From assembly GCF_009914755.1 (NCBI RefSeq), contig NC_060937.1: a DNA stretch of 64,000 nucleotides, one strand, 5' to 3'. This stretch comes from the human T2T-CHM13v2.0 reference genome, Homo sapiens. The notes below the pieces were generated by a model. It ran no database searches and had not been told where the DNA came from. It saw only the letters and a program-made list of their open reading frames with translations. The position numbers and the translations under genes were made by a program. Positions 13,901-30,037 of the stretch are shown one piece after another; position 1 is the first letter of the stretch; every line of letters starts with the position of its first letter.

Positions 13901-14461
13901 TATTCCATGTATTTCTTTACCTATCCATAAGAAGTTGTGCCTACCCCTTGACACATATGATTTGTAGTAGGTGTTATTAATTTTTGATGCATTTTTAGAA
14001 ATACCTCTCTCTAGATTAGTTTGTAAATATATACATAAAGAAAAGCTTTTTTCAAATGATTCTTCCAGGAAAAAAAATCAATTTCTAATTATAGAATAAA
14101 AACACAAAGGATAACTCACAGAGGAAAGAAGGCATAGCATGCTCATGTTGGTGAATAAACATTTTCATATACATAAGTCAGCCAGCTCAAAGTTGAACTG
14201 AATCCTGTAGACAGTGGAAGCAACTCCCTACAGCTATGTCTATACTTAGGAAATCCTGCTTTTATACCTACAAAGCCCTATGTTTTCCTTATTCTGCCCC
14301 TCAAAACTACTGATAGTCTGACGACCTTCTGTGGAATGTTTGCAACTTCCCTACACTGTTCTACCCACCAATCAGCCATTAGATATATAATATATAATGC
14401 AAGAGAAAATCTACTTACGGAGATCCTTCATTAGTTTATTGGCAGTTTGCAGTTCATTGAA

Positions 14462-14572
14462 GGAAGCTTGGGTTCTGAAGCTAGAATCTCCTTTCTTCTT
14501 ATTTAGGTGTATGACATTGGCAAAGCTATGTAATCTATCTGAGATTCAGGGCTTTTTTAAACCTATCAAATA
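14462..14572 (+). mobile_element. MIR fragment
   Basis: tgtatgacattggcaaag...ctgagattcagg weakly resembles the MIR core. Confidence 0.4.
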
Positions 14573-15304
14573 ATTTGTTTTATAAAAACCAAATATATAA
14601 ACATATAAAATTTCCAGCCTTCTGTAGGTTTCCTTCTTTCTACTTTTTAAGTATTTGTCTAAGAAGAAAATGTAAAACTGATATTTCTCAAAGAAAGTCT
14701 TGCCTGTTAAAAGCTGTGGGGTTCCTACCAAATGACTGTAGAAACTACCAGAGGTGAGGGTGGGTAATAGTTTGGACACAATTGCCCAACTTTATAAGTC
14801 AACAGTAATGTCTTTATGATCACAAAATCTTGACATTTTAAATATTCTCCAGGATTTTTTGAGATAGCCTCAAATCTTTTCACTTTAGTAATAAAGCTTT
14901 GTTGTTCTATTGCATTTCAAGTCCAGCTAAAGCACCAACATGAGCTAAGTGCATCACTCTTTTCATTTTCTTTTAAACAGTGAGGGCTCTGAGTAGCTAT
15001 TAGTGTATTGATATGACTATCTTGTGAGTTTTATCATGGTCTTTGACATGTTTTGCTTTAAACAGATCCTCTAGATATCAACTCAAAAAGTATAACTCAT
15101 AAAGGAAAAATCTACCCTTTTCGGAGAGACTTTATCATTGCTTCATTAGCCATCCTGCATTCCTAGTGTACCAAAAATGTAATACAGTTTGTGAAAAAAA
15201 TTATTTAACATTTTAAGAAAATATGCATGAAATAAAGTAGGTTACATGTTTATTTTAAATGATTATAATTCATCATACATTTCAATGATATGAAGAGAAG
15301 GAAT

Positions 15305-15548
15305 GGCAGAATGGCATCCTACACAGACTCTTGAGTCCTATTTAATGGGTTTGAAACCAGACTTCCACCACATGCTAGCATGTTGGACAAGTCAATTCAA
15401 CCCTGCTGTTCCGATTGCCTCATCTGTAAAATGGGAGCAGTTATAAGATCCATTTAATGTTATCATGAGGATCAAATGAGGTAATAATATAAAGTACTTA
15501 GCAAAGTGCTTAGAACATGGTAAGTGCTCATTAATTTCTGCTACTTTT
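15305..15548 (+). mobile_element. MIR
   Basis: cctcatctgtaaaatggg core; gtgcttagaacatggtaagtgctcattaat tail. Confidence 0.85.
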
Positions 15549-17329
15549 ATAATTTCTGTTAATATTAACACTAGTACTACCAGCATGCTAAATATGAGAA
15601 GTTTTTCCAAAGAACAGAAACTCAATGTATTCTAACTATGAAAGGTAAAGATTTTTCCCTATCCTTAAAATGATGTCACTTTCTTCTAGCATTATGTAGA
15701 GTAGAATTATTTGAAAATATGCTGAGATTTTAGATGTTTTATATGAATGAATATTAATCTTTCACTAAGTGCTTTATTTTTTCCAAATAATTTTTTAACT
15801 CCAAGTTTAATTTTTCACTATAGGTCATATATCCTGAGAAAATATGAATACTAATATGTCACATTATTTTTAAAATTATGACATGCGAAATAAAAAATTT
15901 CAAATTATGGCAGAATATGCACTTGATCTCAATGCCATTTTGAAATAAATGCCCGGAATTTCATTTAATGAATCCACTGTATTATCACTCTTTTTCACAA
16001 TTTCTTTCTTGTGTCTCAACATTTTGTATGATTCATGAAAATGCAGGTGTATTTCTACTATAAAAAAGAAGGCATGTATACATATGTTGGTTTATACTTA
16101 GCCAAGGCCTTGAAAAAAAATCAAGGAGGTAAAATCAATCAAACACACACACACACACCTGTATGAATAAAAAGGCGTTCGTTTGCTTGTTTGCCTTGCA
16201 TTTTTTCAAGAGCTGCCTTAAGGCTTCATTTTCCCATCTATGCAATTGATTTATCCATCAAAATTACTAGATCACTAAGCTTTTAATTTTCTAAGAATCT
16301 CTGGATTTGGCTGTATATATGCATTTGACTTCAAACATTTAATTAATGAAGACAATTAGAGACACACATATTAATTGGACTTCCAGCACTTACGTTACCT
16401 GATTTGTAATAATATAATGGTTTTAAATAATGTAAGAAACAAGATAGGTTATTTTAAAATTTCTCTTTTTCACTATTTATTAATACAATATAAAGTAATT
16501 AAAGTATGTTAAAGTATTAGCCACCTCTAATTTGTAGCAGTTTTGTAAAGTCTGCTACCTAATTCACATGTTTGGCAGGTTTATGTATTACACATGTGCA
16601 GTTTTCTCACCTGCACAATATATGTTTTATGTAGTGTTTTTTCTTTGCTTTAACATCTATCTATGAGACTTTACTTAGATAAATATTTTAATCCAAATTT
16701 CAAATAATTACTAAAAATCAATATTTGATTAACATATTATGATCCATTGAAGTAAGCAACTAAGTCTTAGGTCTGGCGGTTGCCTCATATGTCACTACAG
16801 TCCTATATATAGCACTTACAGGGAGCTTAACTAGCATATGTGTACAATTGCCTGCATTCTATATTTTTACCCTTCAATATACACTCTACCTTTTGACATT
16901 GCATCCAAATTTTCATATATGTTAGTATCTTTATAACTGACAGATTAAATACATTTGTTGTTTGTAACAGAAACTTTGTGAAATTATGTTCCCTTAGAGG
17001 TAAACATGCCATAAATATTCACTGCATGTTCTTGTCATCTTATCTCCTTTTCAATCTTTTTTTTTTTTAACATCACCCTTTTCCTTCTTACCTTCCCTCC
17101 ACTCCTGGGGTTTATAGGTGTGTCAGCCTTAAAGCCCAGCACAGGTAGAGAGGGGAGAGGGGCAACACAATATCCCAGTACATCATAAGGTTGGATGCTG
17201 AAGGGAAAGTTGTGCTGTAGAGGACTTGGAGGCAATGCTCTGAAGCCAAGGAAGCAGACAGGTGCATGGACAAGATGGGGCCTGTGAAGGGTATGGCCAA
17301 AGAGATGCCAAAATATTTGTGAGTATACA

Positions 17330-18372
17330 TAAGTATTCACAATGTATACTTGTACTTTGTACTTATTGTAAGTATATTGATGGTGTGGGAATCAGGTTTA
17401 TCATTGTTGTCTGAGAATAGATTCATAATTATGGCAAAGAAAGATGGTTGAAAAGAACCCCAATGTGTTCCATTGAAATTATAAATATTGATATGAACTC
17501 ATGAGCTTTATGTATACATACACAGACACGAATACACACAGACAAATAGAAATGGTTATATATGTATGTGTATAAAAGTATATACATAATAGACTTTTAT
17601 TATTTGAAGTATTATGTTCTATAAAAGTTGCTGTGAAAATGGAATTAGCAGAAACTAAAACCATTGTTTTTAGGGAAAATATAGAGTTAGGTTCCTGTGA
17701 GGCTCTGGTCACGTTTTTGTCAGCTGATCATTACATAACCTTGTTTTAGGTGTCTTTCTGCTTAAAGACACTTTATTGAATATATATTGTTGATTCATAG
17801 TCAACAACAGCACTATAGCTCGTACCTGAATGGAGTTTATCTAACACGTTTTCTCTGTAAGTCATATCACAGGCTTCTTGCGTTTAGGAACATTAGACAG
17901 CACTTCAGCACTACCCTGGGGGTCCATTTTAAATAGCAAAATCACCAAAAAATCAAGATGTGAAAAATGTAGCACTAAACAGATCACAAAGGGGACACTT
18001 GTTTATAGTATGGAAACAAGAAGGGAGAAAATTGCCTTAGTTGATCTCAACTGGGAACACCATCATGGGGTGTCTCAAATTTTTTGTCACTTTGAGCACG
18101 TCCATGAATAAAGCAAAAGCATCAGGAGTATTGATTTTGGGGTTTCAAATAAATTTTAGCAAGGAAGTGGATTCACAAATACAACACCCAAGAGCAGTAA
18201 GAATCAAACTGTATATCTGCATATCTAGCTATTTGTACATATTTCTCAGTTCCGTCTATTGGGAGGCCATAGAAGCACTGAGCACATCTAGTTTCTGGGT
18301 ATTGGTATCTAAATACCATCCTCTACTAAAAGGAGCAGGCAGCCTTGCAGAAATGGCTGATTTCAAAATGGG
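17330..18372 (+). mobile_element. L1MC4-like 3' region split by MER82
   Basis: gatatgaactcatg before MER82; atttctcagttccgtc...tctaaataccatcctctactaaaaggag...gaaatggctgatttc after it. Confidence 0.7.
17585..18211 (-). mobile_element. MER82 (TcMar-Tigger DNA transposon)
   Basis: gagtattgattttggggtttcaaataaattttagcaag...aactg is the reverse of the MER82 start; TA-flanked. Confidence 0.8.
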
Positions 18373-18577
18373 TTCAAGAGATTCTCCTGCCTCAGCCTCC
18401 TGAGTAGCTGGGATTACAGGCATGAGCTACCACGCCCGGCCAATTTTTTGTATTTTTAGTAGAGACGGGGTTTTACCATGTTGGTCAGGCTGGTCTGAAA
18501 CTCCTGACCTCAGGTGATCTGCTCGCCTTGGCCTCCCAAACTGCTGGGATTACAGGCATGAGCCACTGTGCCCAGCC
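18370..18577 (-). mobile_element. AluSx-like, lacking its 3' ~80 bp and tail
   Basis: Runs from gggttcaag to gtgcccagcc with no polyT. Confidence 0.93.
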
Positions 18578-18599
18578 TAGACATTCCTTATTATATCAT

Positions 18600-19040
18600 T
18601 CCAGTCCTATGGTTCTCATGGGCTGTCCCATTTTCACACATGACACCATCACGTGAGCTCATTGCCCAAAGCCGAGCAGCAGACCCAGGTAGGAACATCA
18701 TATAGATTTTCTGAGTATTTTAAAACTGAAATAGGGGTGCTTCCGAAGTAGCAAATGCTGTGAGTCATGAGGTCTGAGAGTTCTTAGTTATATGATCCTT
18801 AATATGTGCAAAACACATGCCAGAATTAGAGATTTCTAAACAATATCAAAGACAGGTAGATGATAGAGGTAGATTCCTGTGGTGTCTGAAATTCTTGTCC
18901 CATTGATGCTAAGGCTTAGCTGCATCCTTACTCTTCCCAAAATTTGGTTACTTAATTCCCCCATTTACCTTGTAAGCTAATAAATTTCTGCTTTGCCGAA
19001 GCCAATGCAGATGAAGTTTCTGTCATCTGCAAAAAAAAAA
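18600..19040 (+). mobile_element. Old ERVL/MaLR-type LTR relic (LTR33/LTR16/MLT1-like)
   Basis: 3' end aataaatttctgctttg...gtttctgtcatctgcaa resembles these LTR termini. Confidence 0.45.
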
Positions 19041-19734
19041 AATAGTTTTGGTTAATAAAATTATCATAATCTTCATCATTCTACTTATCATAAAGAGCAA
19101 GCCTGTCAAATATTTTTGAGGTAATGAAATCTTCAGAAACTGTTTTCTTGGTTAAAATTCAGGCATATCGAGAGAATAGCTATAAAATGTAGCATTTTTG
19201 TAAATATTATGTGAAAATGTGAAATAATATTATTACTTTCCACAGACAAAGAAACAACAATTTAGAGATATTTCAGAGAAAAGAAGTAAAAATTTAATGA
19301 TCTGCAAATTTTATTCCCACTGGAGTCTAAAAATTAATGAAATTACGTGAACCTGTTACAAACAGCTTTTATTTGGCAATGGTAAAATGTAAGAAACTTT
19401 AATAAATTCTCTGTTTGTTGTATATGTAGCAGAAAGATTTGTGAGGTGTTATTCTACTGCTTGTGGAATTTGCATTACTTTAGTGAAGGTATAAAATATT
19501 CAAAAATACAAAAAGTTACACAAAGTCATTTTCAATTTCATTTTCAGTGAGCCAAAATTTAAACTACCAGTCATTGTTAATTTCATTATTAATATTTAAA
19601 ATTCATGGTATATTAGTGAACAGACTGCAGATGAAATAAGATGAGAAAATAAATACAGAACAATAAAACAGAATTAACTCTAAAATGCAGATAGTAAATG
19701 CTAATTAATGAAAAACATACTGCCAAAATTTGTG

Positions 19735-19920
19735 CAGTGGGTTCGTCACTTGTAAATGCAATGATCTTAGGCAGATTATGAAACTTCTCTGCCTCAACAC
19801 TGTTATCTGTAAAACAGAAAATGTAATGTGACCAACTTCATAGTATGATTGTATTAAATAAATTAATACCTGTAAAGCTCTTAGAACAGTGTCTTGCATC
19901 CATTACATTCTCATATTAGT
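19735..19920 (+). mobile_element. MIR
   Basis: cttctctgcctca...atctgtaaaac...gtaaagctcttagaacagtgtc. Confidence 0.8.
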
Positions 19921-20349
19921 ATTTTTCACTAAGATCATTTTTATTATGCTAATGTTTTACAAAACATTCTTGATTATTAAAATGCTCTGGGAGTTTTAAG
20001 GTTGTTTAATCACATAAATAATTGGTTCTCAGATGCCTAAATCTGCTCTAATGCTATTGCATCTTATAGTAGCACACAGAACTTGATTAAGATGGGTTAT
20101 AAAATGAATTTTACAGAATAATATGTATTTGTCTATTGCTCTGTGCCAAAAAAGTGTGTATCTAACACTTATGTGGTAGAATTAATTATCTAAATTAGCT
20201 TCTGCATAAACCCACTATCATTTAGTACTCACCAAAGGGCAATTTATTGCTCTGTGATAAAGGATTCCACCGATCTTAAGAAATGAATTCACAGTTTTAA
20301 TATACTTTGCCTATTGACTGGTTTTATTTTTCTTGGGGAGAGGCACATA

Positions 20350-22924
20350 TATATTCTCATTTCCCCCACTGAAAATGTTGAGAAACTTCATTTATTATTG
20401 GCCAGTTAGGCATTTCCTTTTGTGTAGTGCCTGATTACATTTTTGTTCATGTTTCTATTGGCTTGTCTGTCTCTACATTTTTTTTTTTTTAGTGTGCTGC
20501 CATTTAATGATGGGAAAAAATCAAACAAAAGAATATGTTATTAATCACATAGAACACATCAGGAAAGACTGTGTGAAAAAGTAGGGACAAAATTATCTCC
20601 AGGGAATATTTTTTATGTATAGGAATCTGTCTCCCTAGGAAGTATGTATCTGTCTGTTTTGCTGTCTGTCTATATATCTATCTATCCTATATTATCTGTC
20701 TTTTTTCATGTGTATACCTTGAAAATATCTTCTCCCACATAATAGCTTTTTATTCACTCATGTAATGATTTGTTTTAAGGGAAAAAAACTCAATATTTTC
20801 CAGTTTATCATTTTTTCACTTCTAGGTAGTACTTTTTATAGTATTTAAGAAATTATTGTCTCCCTCAATGGCATGAAGTGTGTCTATGTTATCTTCAAGA
20901 AACGGTAGACTTACATTTTGTATTTAGATCTATAGTTCATCCTAAATTGATTTTTGTGTATGGCATGACTGTAAAAGAGGCATTCATCTATGTACACACA
21001 CATACATATATAAAAACTACATTGTACTTCCATTTAAATATCAAATTTCCACAGCATCATTAATTGAAAATATCATGCTATCTCCTTTGTACTTATGTAT
21101 CTCCTTTGTACGTATCACTTCTATCATAAACTAACTGTATTTAAAGGGTCTGTTTCTAGATATTATTATGTTCCATGTGGTAGCATATCTAGTTTGCGTT
21201 ACCACCACATTATATTAACAACTATAGCTTTAAAAATCTTGTATCTGTATTGTAATGCCTGCAGATTCATTCTTCTTTATCATTGTCATAACTATTCTTG
21301 CCTTTAAATTTGCATATGATTTTTAATATCCATTTGTCATTTCCAGCCAAAGAACACATGCTATAAATCTAATTGTAAGTGCATTAAATGCATGGAAGGA
21401 TTTTGGAAGCAGCAACACATTAAAAATGTTGAATCCTGCTGGGCTTGGTGGCTCATGCCTATGATCCCAGCACTTTGTGAGGCCAAGGTGGGAGGCCAGG
21501 AATTTGAGACCAGCCTGGGCAATATAGTGAGATCCTGTCTCTACCAAAAAAAAAAAAAATAGCTGGGCATGGTGGCACACACCTATAGTCCTAGTTACTT
21601 GGGAGGCCCGGGTGGGAGGATAACTTGAGCCCAGAAGGGGGAGGCTGCAGTGAGCCATGACAATGCCTCTGCACTTCAGCCTAGGCAACAGAACAAGAAC
21701 AACTAACTCTTAAAAAAAGTTGAATCTTCCAAACAATGAACATGATGTAGCCCTCTATTAGGTAGTACTTCTTTTGCATTATTTTAATAGAGAGGTCTCA
21801 CTCATCACTTATTAAATTTATTCCTAGCTGCTTATGCTTATTGGTGCAAGCATAAGTTATACCAATTGTAATTTTAAATTTTTTTCAGATATACTACATT
21901 TCTAATTGTAATCATGTTATAATGAAAATTTATTATCTCTAACAGTTTATCCATAAAATTTTTTGGATTACTACACACACCACCAACCTTCTGTGAATAA
22001 TGCCAATTTATTTTCTTACATTCTAGTCATTATAAATTTAATATTTTCACCATCATATTGTTCTGACAAGGCTGTCCATTGAAATGTGAAATGAAGACAA
22101 TTACAGCCTTTCCTCATTCCCTATCTTCAGGGAAGTGCTCTTACTAATTCATCAAGAATAATGATTTCTGAATAATTTTTGTACATAATCCTATTCACAT
22201 TAATGAAGTGCCTATTCCTGGTTTGTTTATAGCTTCATTTTCATTATTTCTTGTAACACAAATGGTTGTTATTGAATGTTTAATTCAGTCAAATCCCTAA
22301 CGTCTAATGTTTTAGAGCATAGTTGTTAGACTTAACCAGTTTAGCAATATTTGTTTTAAAGTATTTTGTCTATTTCCATTTGAAATGAGTTCAATATTGT
22401 GGTTATATCTCTTATCTATTTGTTTTCTATTTGATACATCTGCTATATATGTATTTTGTCTCTTTTCATATCCTTTGATTTAATCAAATATATTTATTTC
22501 CTTCCTCTATTAATATGTTGATTAAACATTCCTGCACTTTTTATAGCCCAGAAGTTGAAATAGATGATATTGCATCACATATTCCTGAATAATTAGAACC
22601 TAATAGAAATCTTTACTTCAACAACTCCTTGATTTTTCTATAACCTTAGAATTCTTAATGCTTTCTCTTGTGTCATTACTCTGCATTTTAATCATATGTA
22701 AATATTTAAAGCCAAAGGCATTCATTCTTATTATAATTATAACTATTCTTTTGAATTGATATTTACTTAATTTTATCCACATATTTAACCTTTTGGATAT
22801 TTGATGGGTTTATCTAAAATACTTTTTCTTTTTTCCAAAGAATCATTTTAGTATTTCTTTTAGTATTGGTGTATTAGCAATGAATTCTTTGTTTTTGTTG
22901 TCAATTTTTTTCTCCAAGCCCTTT
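20350..22924 (-). mobile_element. Ancient L1M relic, continuing at ~29157-29900 beyond the L1PA3 insertion
   Basis: T-rich reverse L1 ORF2-like motifs (aattgatttttgtgtatgg, cagcatcattaattgaaaa, ttgaatcttcca...atgaacatg). Confidence 0.7.
21438..21718 (+). mobile_element. AluJ
   Basis: J-type motifs (ttgagcccag, gaggctgcagtgagcc); TSD aaaaatgttgaatcct / aaaaaagttgaatctt. Confidence 0.93.
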
Positions 22925-22946
22925 AAAGATCTTGTTCCGATGAGCA

Positions 22947-23993
22947 GGGGGAGGAGCCAAGATGGCTGAATAGGAACAGCTCCGGTCTACAGCTCCCAGA
23001 GTGAGCGACGCAGAAGACGGGTGATTTCTGCATTTCCATCTGTGGTACCAGGTTCATCTTACTAGGAACTGCCAGACAGTGGGCGCAGGACAGTGGGTGC
23101 AGCGCACTGTGCACGAGCTGAAGCAGGGTGAGGCATTGCCTCACTCAGGAAGCGCAAGGGGTCAGGGAGTTCCCTTTCCTAGTCAAAGAAAGGGGTGACA
23201 GATGGCACTTGGAAAATCGGGTCACTCCCACCCGAATACAGCGCTTTGCCAACGGGCTTAAAAAACGGTGCACCAGGAGATTATATCCCGCACCTGGCTC
23301 GGAGGGTCCTACACCCACGTAGTCTCGCTGATTGCTAGCACAGCAGTCTGAGATCAAACTGCAAGGCGGCAGCGAGGCTGGGGGAGGGGTGCCTGCCATT
23401 GCCCAGGCTTGCTTAGGTAAACAAAGCAGCCGGGAAGCTCAAGCTGGGTGGAGCCCACCACAGCTCAAGGAGGCCTGCCTGCCTCTGTAGGCTCCACCAC
23501 TGGGCGGCAGGGCACAGACAAACAAAAAGACAGCAGTAACCTCTGCAGACTTAAATGTCCCTGTCTGACAGCTTTGAAGAGAGCAGTGGTTCTCCCAGCA
23601 CGCAGCTGGAGATCTGAGAACAGGCAGACTGCCTCCTCAAGTGGGTCCCTGACCCCTGACCCCTGAGCAGCCTAACTGGGAGGCACCCCCCAGTAGGGGC
23701 AGACTGACACCTCACAGGGCCGGGTACTCCTCTGAGACAACACTTCCAGAGGAACGATCAGACAGCAGCATTCGCAGTTCACGAAAATCTGCTGTTCTGC
23801 AGACACTGCTGCTGATACCCAGGCAAACAGGGTCTGGAGTGGACCTCTAGCAAACTCCAACAGACCTGCAGCTGAGGGTCCTTTCTGTTAGAAGGAAAAC
23901 TAACAAACAGAAAGGACATCCACACCAAAAACCCATCTGTACATCACCATCATCAAAGTAGATAAAACCACAAAAGTAGATAAAACCACAAAG
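22947..23993 (+). promoter_or_regulatory. L1 5'UTR internal sense promoter (YY1 motif caagatggc) and antisense promoter region
   Basis: Homology to the L1PA 5'UTR; relatively CpG-rich; activity not shown by sequence. Confidence 0.75.
23145..23399 (-). CDS. L1 ORF0 (primate antisense ORF), open, 84 aa
   Basis: MAGTPPPASLPPCSLISDCCASNQRD...RVGVTRFS matches the known ORF0 peptide; start context gcaATGG. Confidence 0.8.
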   Translation of the reverse strand: MAGTPPPASLPPCSLISDCCASNQRDYVGVGPSEPGAGYNLLVHRFLSPLAKRCIRVGVTRFSKCHLSPLSLTRKGNSLTPCAS

Positions 23994-25011
23994 ATGGGGA
24001 AAAAACAGAGCAGAAAAACTGGAAACTGTAAAAAGCAGAGCGCCTCTCCTCCTCCAAAGGAATGCAGTTCCTCAACAGCAATGGAACAAAGCTGGACGGA
24101 GAATGACTTTGACGAGTTGAGAGAAGAAGGCTTCAGACGATCAAACTACTCCGAGCTACAGGAGGAAATTCAAACCAAAGGCAAAGATGTTGAAAACTAT
24201 GAAAAAAATTAAGACAAATGTATCACTAGAATAACCAATACAGAGAAGTGCTTAAAGGAACTGATGGAGCTAAAAGCCAAGGCTCGAGAACTATGTGAAG
24301 AATGCAGAAGCCTCAGGAGCCGATGCGATCAACTGGAAGAAAGAGTATCAGTGATGCAAGATGAAATGAATGAAATGAAGTGAGAAGGGAAGTTTAGAGA
24401 AAAAAGAATAAAAAGAAATGAACAAAACCTCCAACAAATATGGGACTATGTGAAAACACCAAATCTACGTCTGACTGCAATACCTGAAAGTGACGGGGAG
24501 AATGGAACCAAGTTGGAAAACACTCTGCAGGATAATATCCAGGAGAACTTCCCCAATCTAGCAAGGCAGGCCAACATTCAGATTCAGGAAATACAGAGAC
24601 CGCCACAAAGATACCCCTCGAGAAGAGCAACTCCAAGACACATAATTGTCAGATTCACCAAAGTTGAAATAAAGGAAAAAAATGTTAAGGGCAGCCAGAG
24701 AGAAAGGTCAGGTTACCTACAAAGGGAAGCCCATCAGACTAACAGTGGATCTCTTGGCTGAAACTCTACAAGCCAGAAGAGAGTGGGGGCCAATATTCAA
24801 CATTCTTAAAGACAAGAATTTTCAACCCAGAATTTCATATCCAGCCAAACTAAGCTTTGTAAGTGAAGGAGAAATAAAATACTTTACAGACAAGCAAATG
24901 CTGAGAGATTTTGGCACCACCAGGCCTGCCCTAAAAGAGCTCCTCAGGGAAGCACTAAACATGGAAAGGAACAACTGGTACCAGCTGCTGCAAAATCATG
25001 CCAAAATGTAA
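23994..25011 (+). pseudogene. L1 ORF1p, disrupted
   Basis: MGKKQSRKTG... start; stop at 24210-24212; frameshift near 24680; ends ...LQNHAKM. Confidence 0.95.
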
Positions 25012-25074
25012 AGACCATCGAGACTAGGAAGAAACTGCATCAACTAACGAGCAAAATAACCAGCTAACATCATA

Positions 25075-28881
<3,807 letters not shown>

Positions 28882-29202
28882 ACAATGAGATCACATGGAC
28901 ACAGGAAGGCGAACATCACACTCCGGGGACTGTTGTGGGGTCGGGGGAGGGATAGCATTAGGAGATATACCTAATGCTAAATGTCACGTTAATGGGTGCA
29001 GCACACCAGCATGGCACATGTATACATATGTAACTAACCTGCACATTGTGCACATGTACCCTAAAACTTAAAGTATAATAATAATAAAAAAATAAAAATA
29101 AAAATACAAAAAAATAAAAAAAATTAAAAAATAAAAATAAATAAAGATCTTGTTCCATTAATTTTGAGCTTTCATTACTGCTATTAAAAATTTATTTGTT
29201 GT

Positions 29203-29498
29203 GGCCAGGTGCAGCGGCTCAAGCCTGTAATCCCAGTACTTTGGGAGGCCGAGGTATGTGGCTCACCTGAGGTCAGGAGTTTGAGCTCAGTATGACCAAC
29301 ATGGTGAAACCCCGTCTCTACTAAAAATACCTAATTAGCCCGGTGTGATGGCGGGTGCCTGTAATCCCAGCTACTTGGGAGGCTGAGGCAGAAGAAATGC
29401 TTAAACTTGGGAGGTGGAGGTTGCAGCAAGCTAAGATCACGTCAGTGCACGCCAACCTGGGCAACAAGAGGAAAACTCTGTCTCAAAAAAAAAAAAAA
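29203..29498 (+). mobile_element. AluSq/Sp-like
   Basis: Full dimer; ctgggcaacaagag; A tail. Confidence 0.93.
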
Positions 29499-30037
29499 TG
29501 AGTTTGTCATTATTATTGTTGCTTTGAAGGAAATGATTTTTTTTTCTGGCTGTTGCTTTTGCTTTAAGTTGTTGGTTGTGTTTATCCTGATACGCCTTAG
29601 TGTGGTTTACTTTGTGCATATTCCAACTAAGGTTTATTGAAGTTCTCAAATCTGTACTTTAATAACTTTCTTCAGCTTTGGAGAATATTTGGTGACTTTC
29701 CGTATTTCTTCTGTCATATTATTTTCCTCTTTTCTCATTTTAGAACTTAATTAACATATATTAAATTTTCTCATTGTATCTTATATAAGCTCTTACACTC
29801 TGTTCTAAACAATCTATGGAATTTTTCTCTACAAGGATTCTGGATTTTTTTGACTTTCTTGTCTTCCAGTTTATTAATCAATTAGTCAACACTTCTATTT
29901 CATTTAATCTTCTATTAAAAACAACTATTAACTGAAATCAAGAAGATTATCTACTTAGATTCTTAGAATCCCACCCTATATTTCAAATAATGGCAAAAAA
30001 AAAAAGAAGGGAAAACCAACTGTGAGTCACACTAATT

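Noticed and set aside
14960-15190. Two acceptor-like ttttaaacag/ctttaaacag sites and a short open frame
   Set aside because: No clear donor, early stop and unrecognised peptide; cannot support an exon
17056-17330. T13 tract next to a GC-richer island, possible retrocopy
   Set aside because: No poly(A) signal or TSD found; more likely an old repeat fragment
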